Origin: Malacoraja senta
Lineage: Eukaryota
DNA length: 64,000 nucleotides
Reading direction: 5' to 3'
Assembly (NCBI GenBank): GCA_038087875.1
Contig: CM075991.1
Span: 10,542,001 to 10,606,000, forward strand
Shown piece after piece: positions 63,386 through 64,000 of this stretch. A program made the position numbers and the translations under genes. Below the pieces are notes generated by a model that worked only from the letters and a program-made list of their open reading frames with translations, was not told where the DNA came from and searched no databases. Position 1 is the stretch's first letter, and each line of letters begins with the position of its first letter.

Positions 63386-64000
63386 ATGCAGTTTTGTGTG
63401 TCTCCTTTACAAAAATATTTGTTGCGAGGGGTGGTTAGGGTTTATGGAACACTCCGTGAAATAATAATGCATCAATAAATATTTAAAATATCTGACGGAT
63501 GGTGAATTGAGATTTGAACAAGTGAGTGGAGAGATGCAGGAGTTATTGCAGGGAGCAGGAGAGGGCAACGAGTGCATTCTAGCAAGCGCTGAACTCTGTG
63601 AAAGGTCATGCCAATGATTACAGTGAAAACACTAAGAGCCAAGAGAGTGTCACGAGGCTGCGGAAAGATAGATTACACTGAACTGAACATATTAAAGCTT
63701 CATCACCGCGGCTGAAAGGTAACCTGAGATGGACTAACAGGATAGATACAAGCCAAGCCAAGACAGAAAAAGGAGAGAAAAAAAATAAGCAAAGTGCTGG
63801 AGTAACTCAGCAGGTCAGGCAGCATCGATTTAGTAAGGGTGTTCAATGGTTACGGGAAGAATGGGGTTGAAAGGGAAATGACGCAGGAGCAGAATTAGGC
63901 CATTCGGCCCATCGAGTCTGCTCCACCATTCAGTCACGGCTGACTCCACTGAGTCCGCGCCGACCAGCGATCCCCACACATGAACACTATCCTACACACA

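Overview
This is vertebrate genomic DNA, inferred to be from a cartilaginous fish (skate/ray-like) because of its HE1-type V-SINE and HER1-type CR1 LINE content. The window lies inside a TET3 methylcytosine dioxygenase gene on the + strand. Two coding exons are present: a large ~2.8 kb exon (33768-36586, with two apparent 1-nt frameshifts and four polyQ runs) and a 91-bp exon (52094-52184). The remainder is intron packed with CR1, Rex1, RTE-derived, Penelope, V-SINE, Harbinger-like and hAT-like elements, long CT and CA tracts, and a 200-N gap. The most notable signal is self-cleaving-RNA architecture in the repeats. Two different short retroposon families (347-539 with a second copy at 20408-20599, and 60034-60150) begin exactly at G1 of a HDV-like ribozyme fold and end in (GAA)n tails, with target-site duplications on the full-length copies. 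The first family is very close in sequence to the mammalian CPEB3 ribozyme core as I recall it. Penelope termini carry minimal hammerhead-like cores, some in 44-bp tandem arrays. Folds were derived by hand, repeat boundaries are approximate, and only representative repeat copies are listed.
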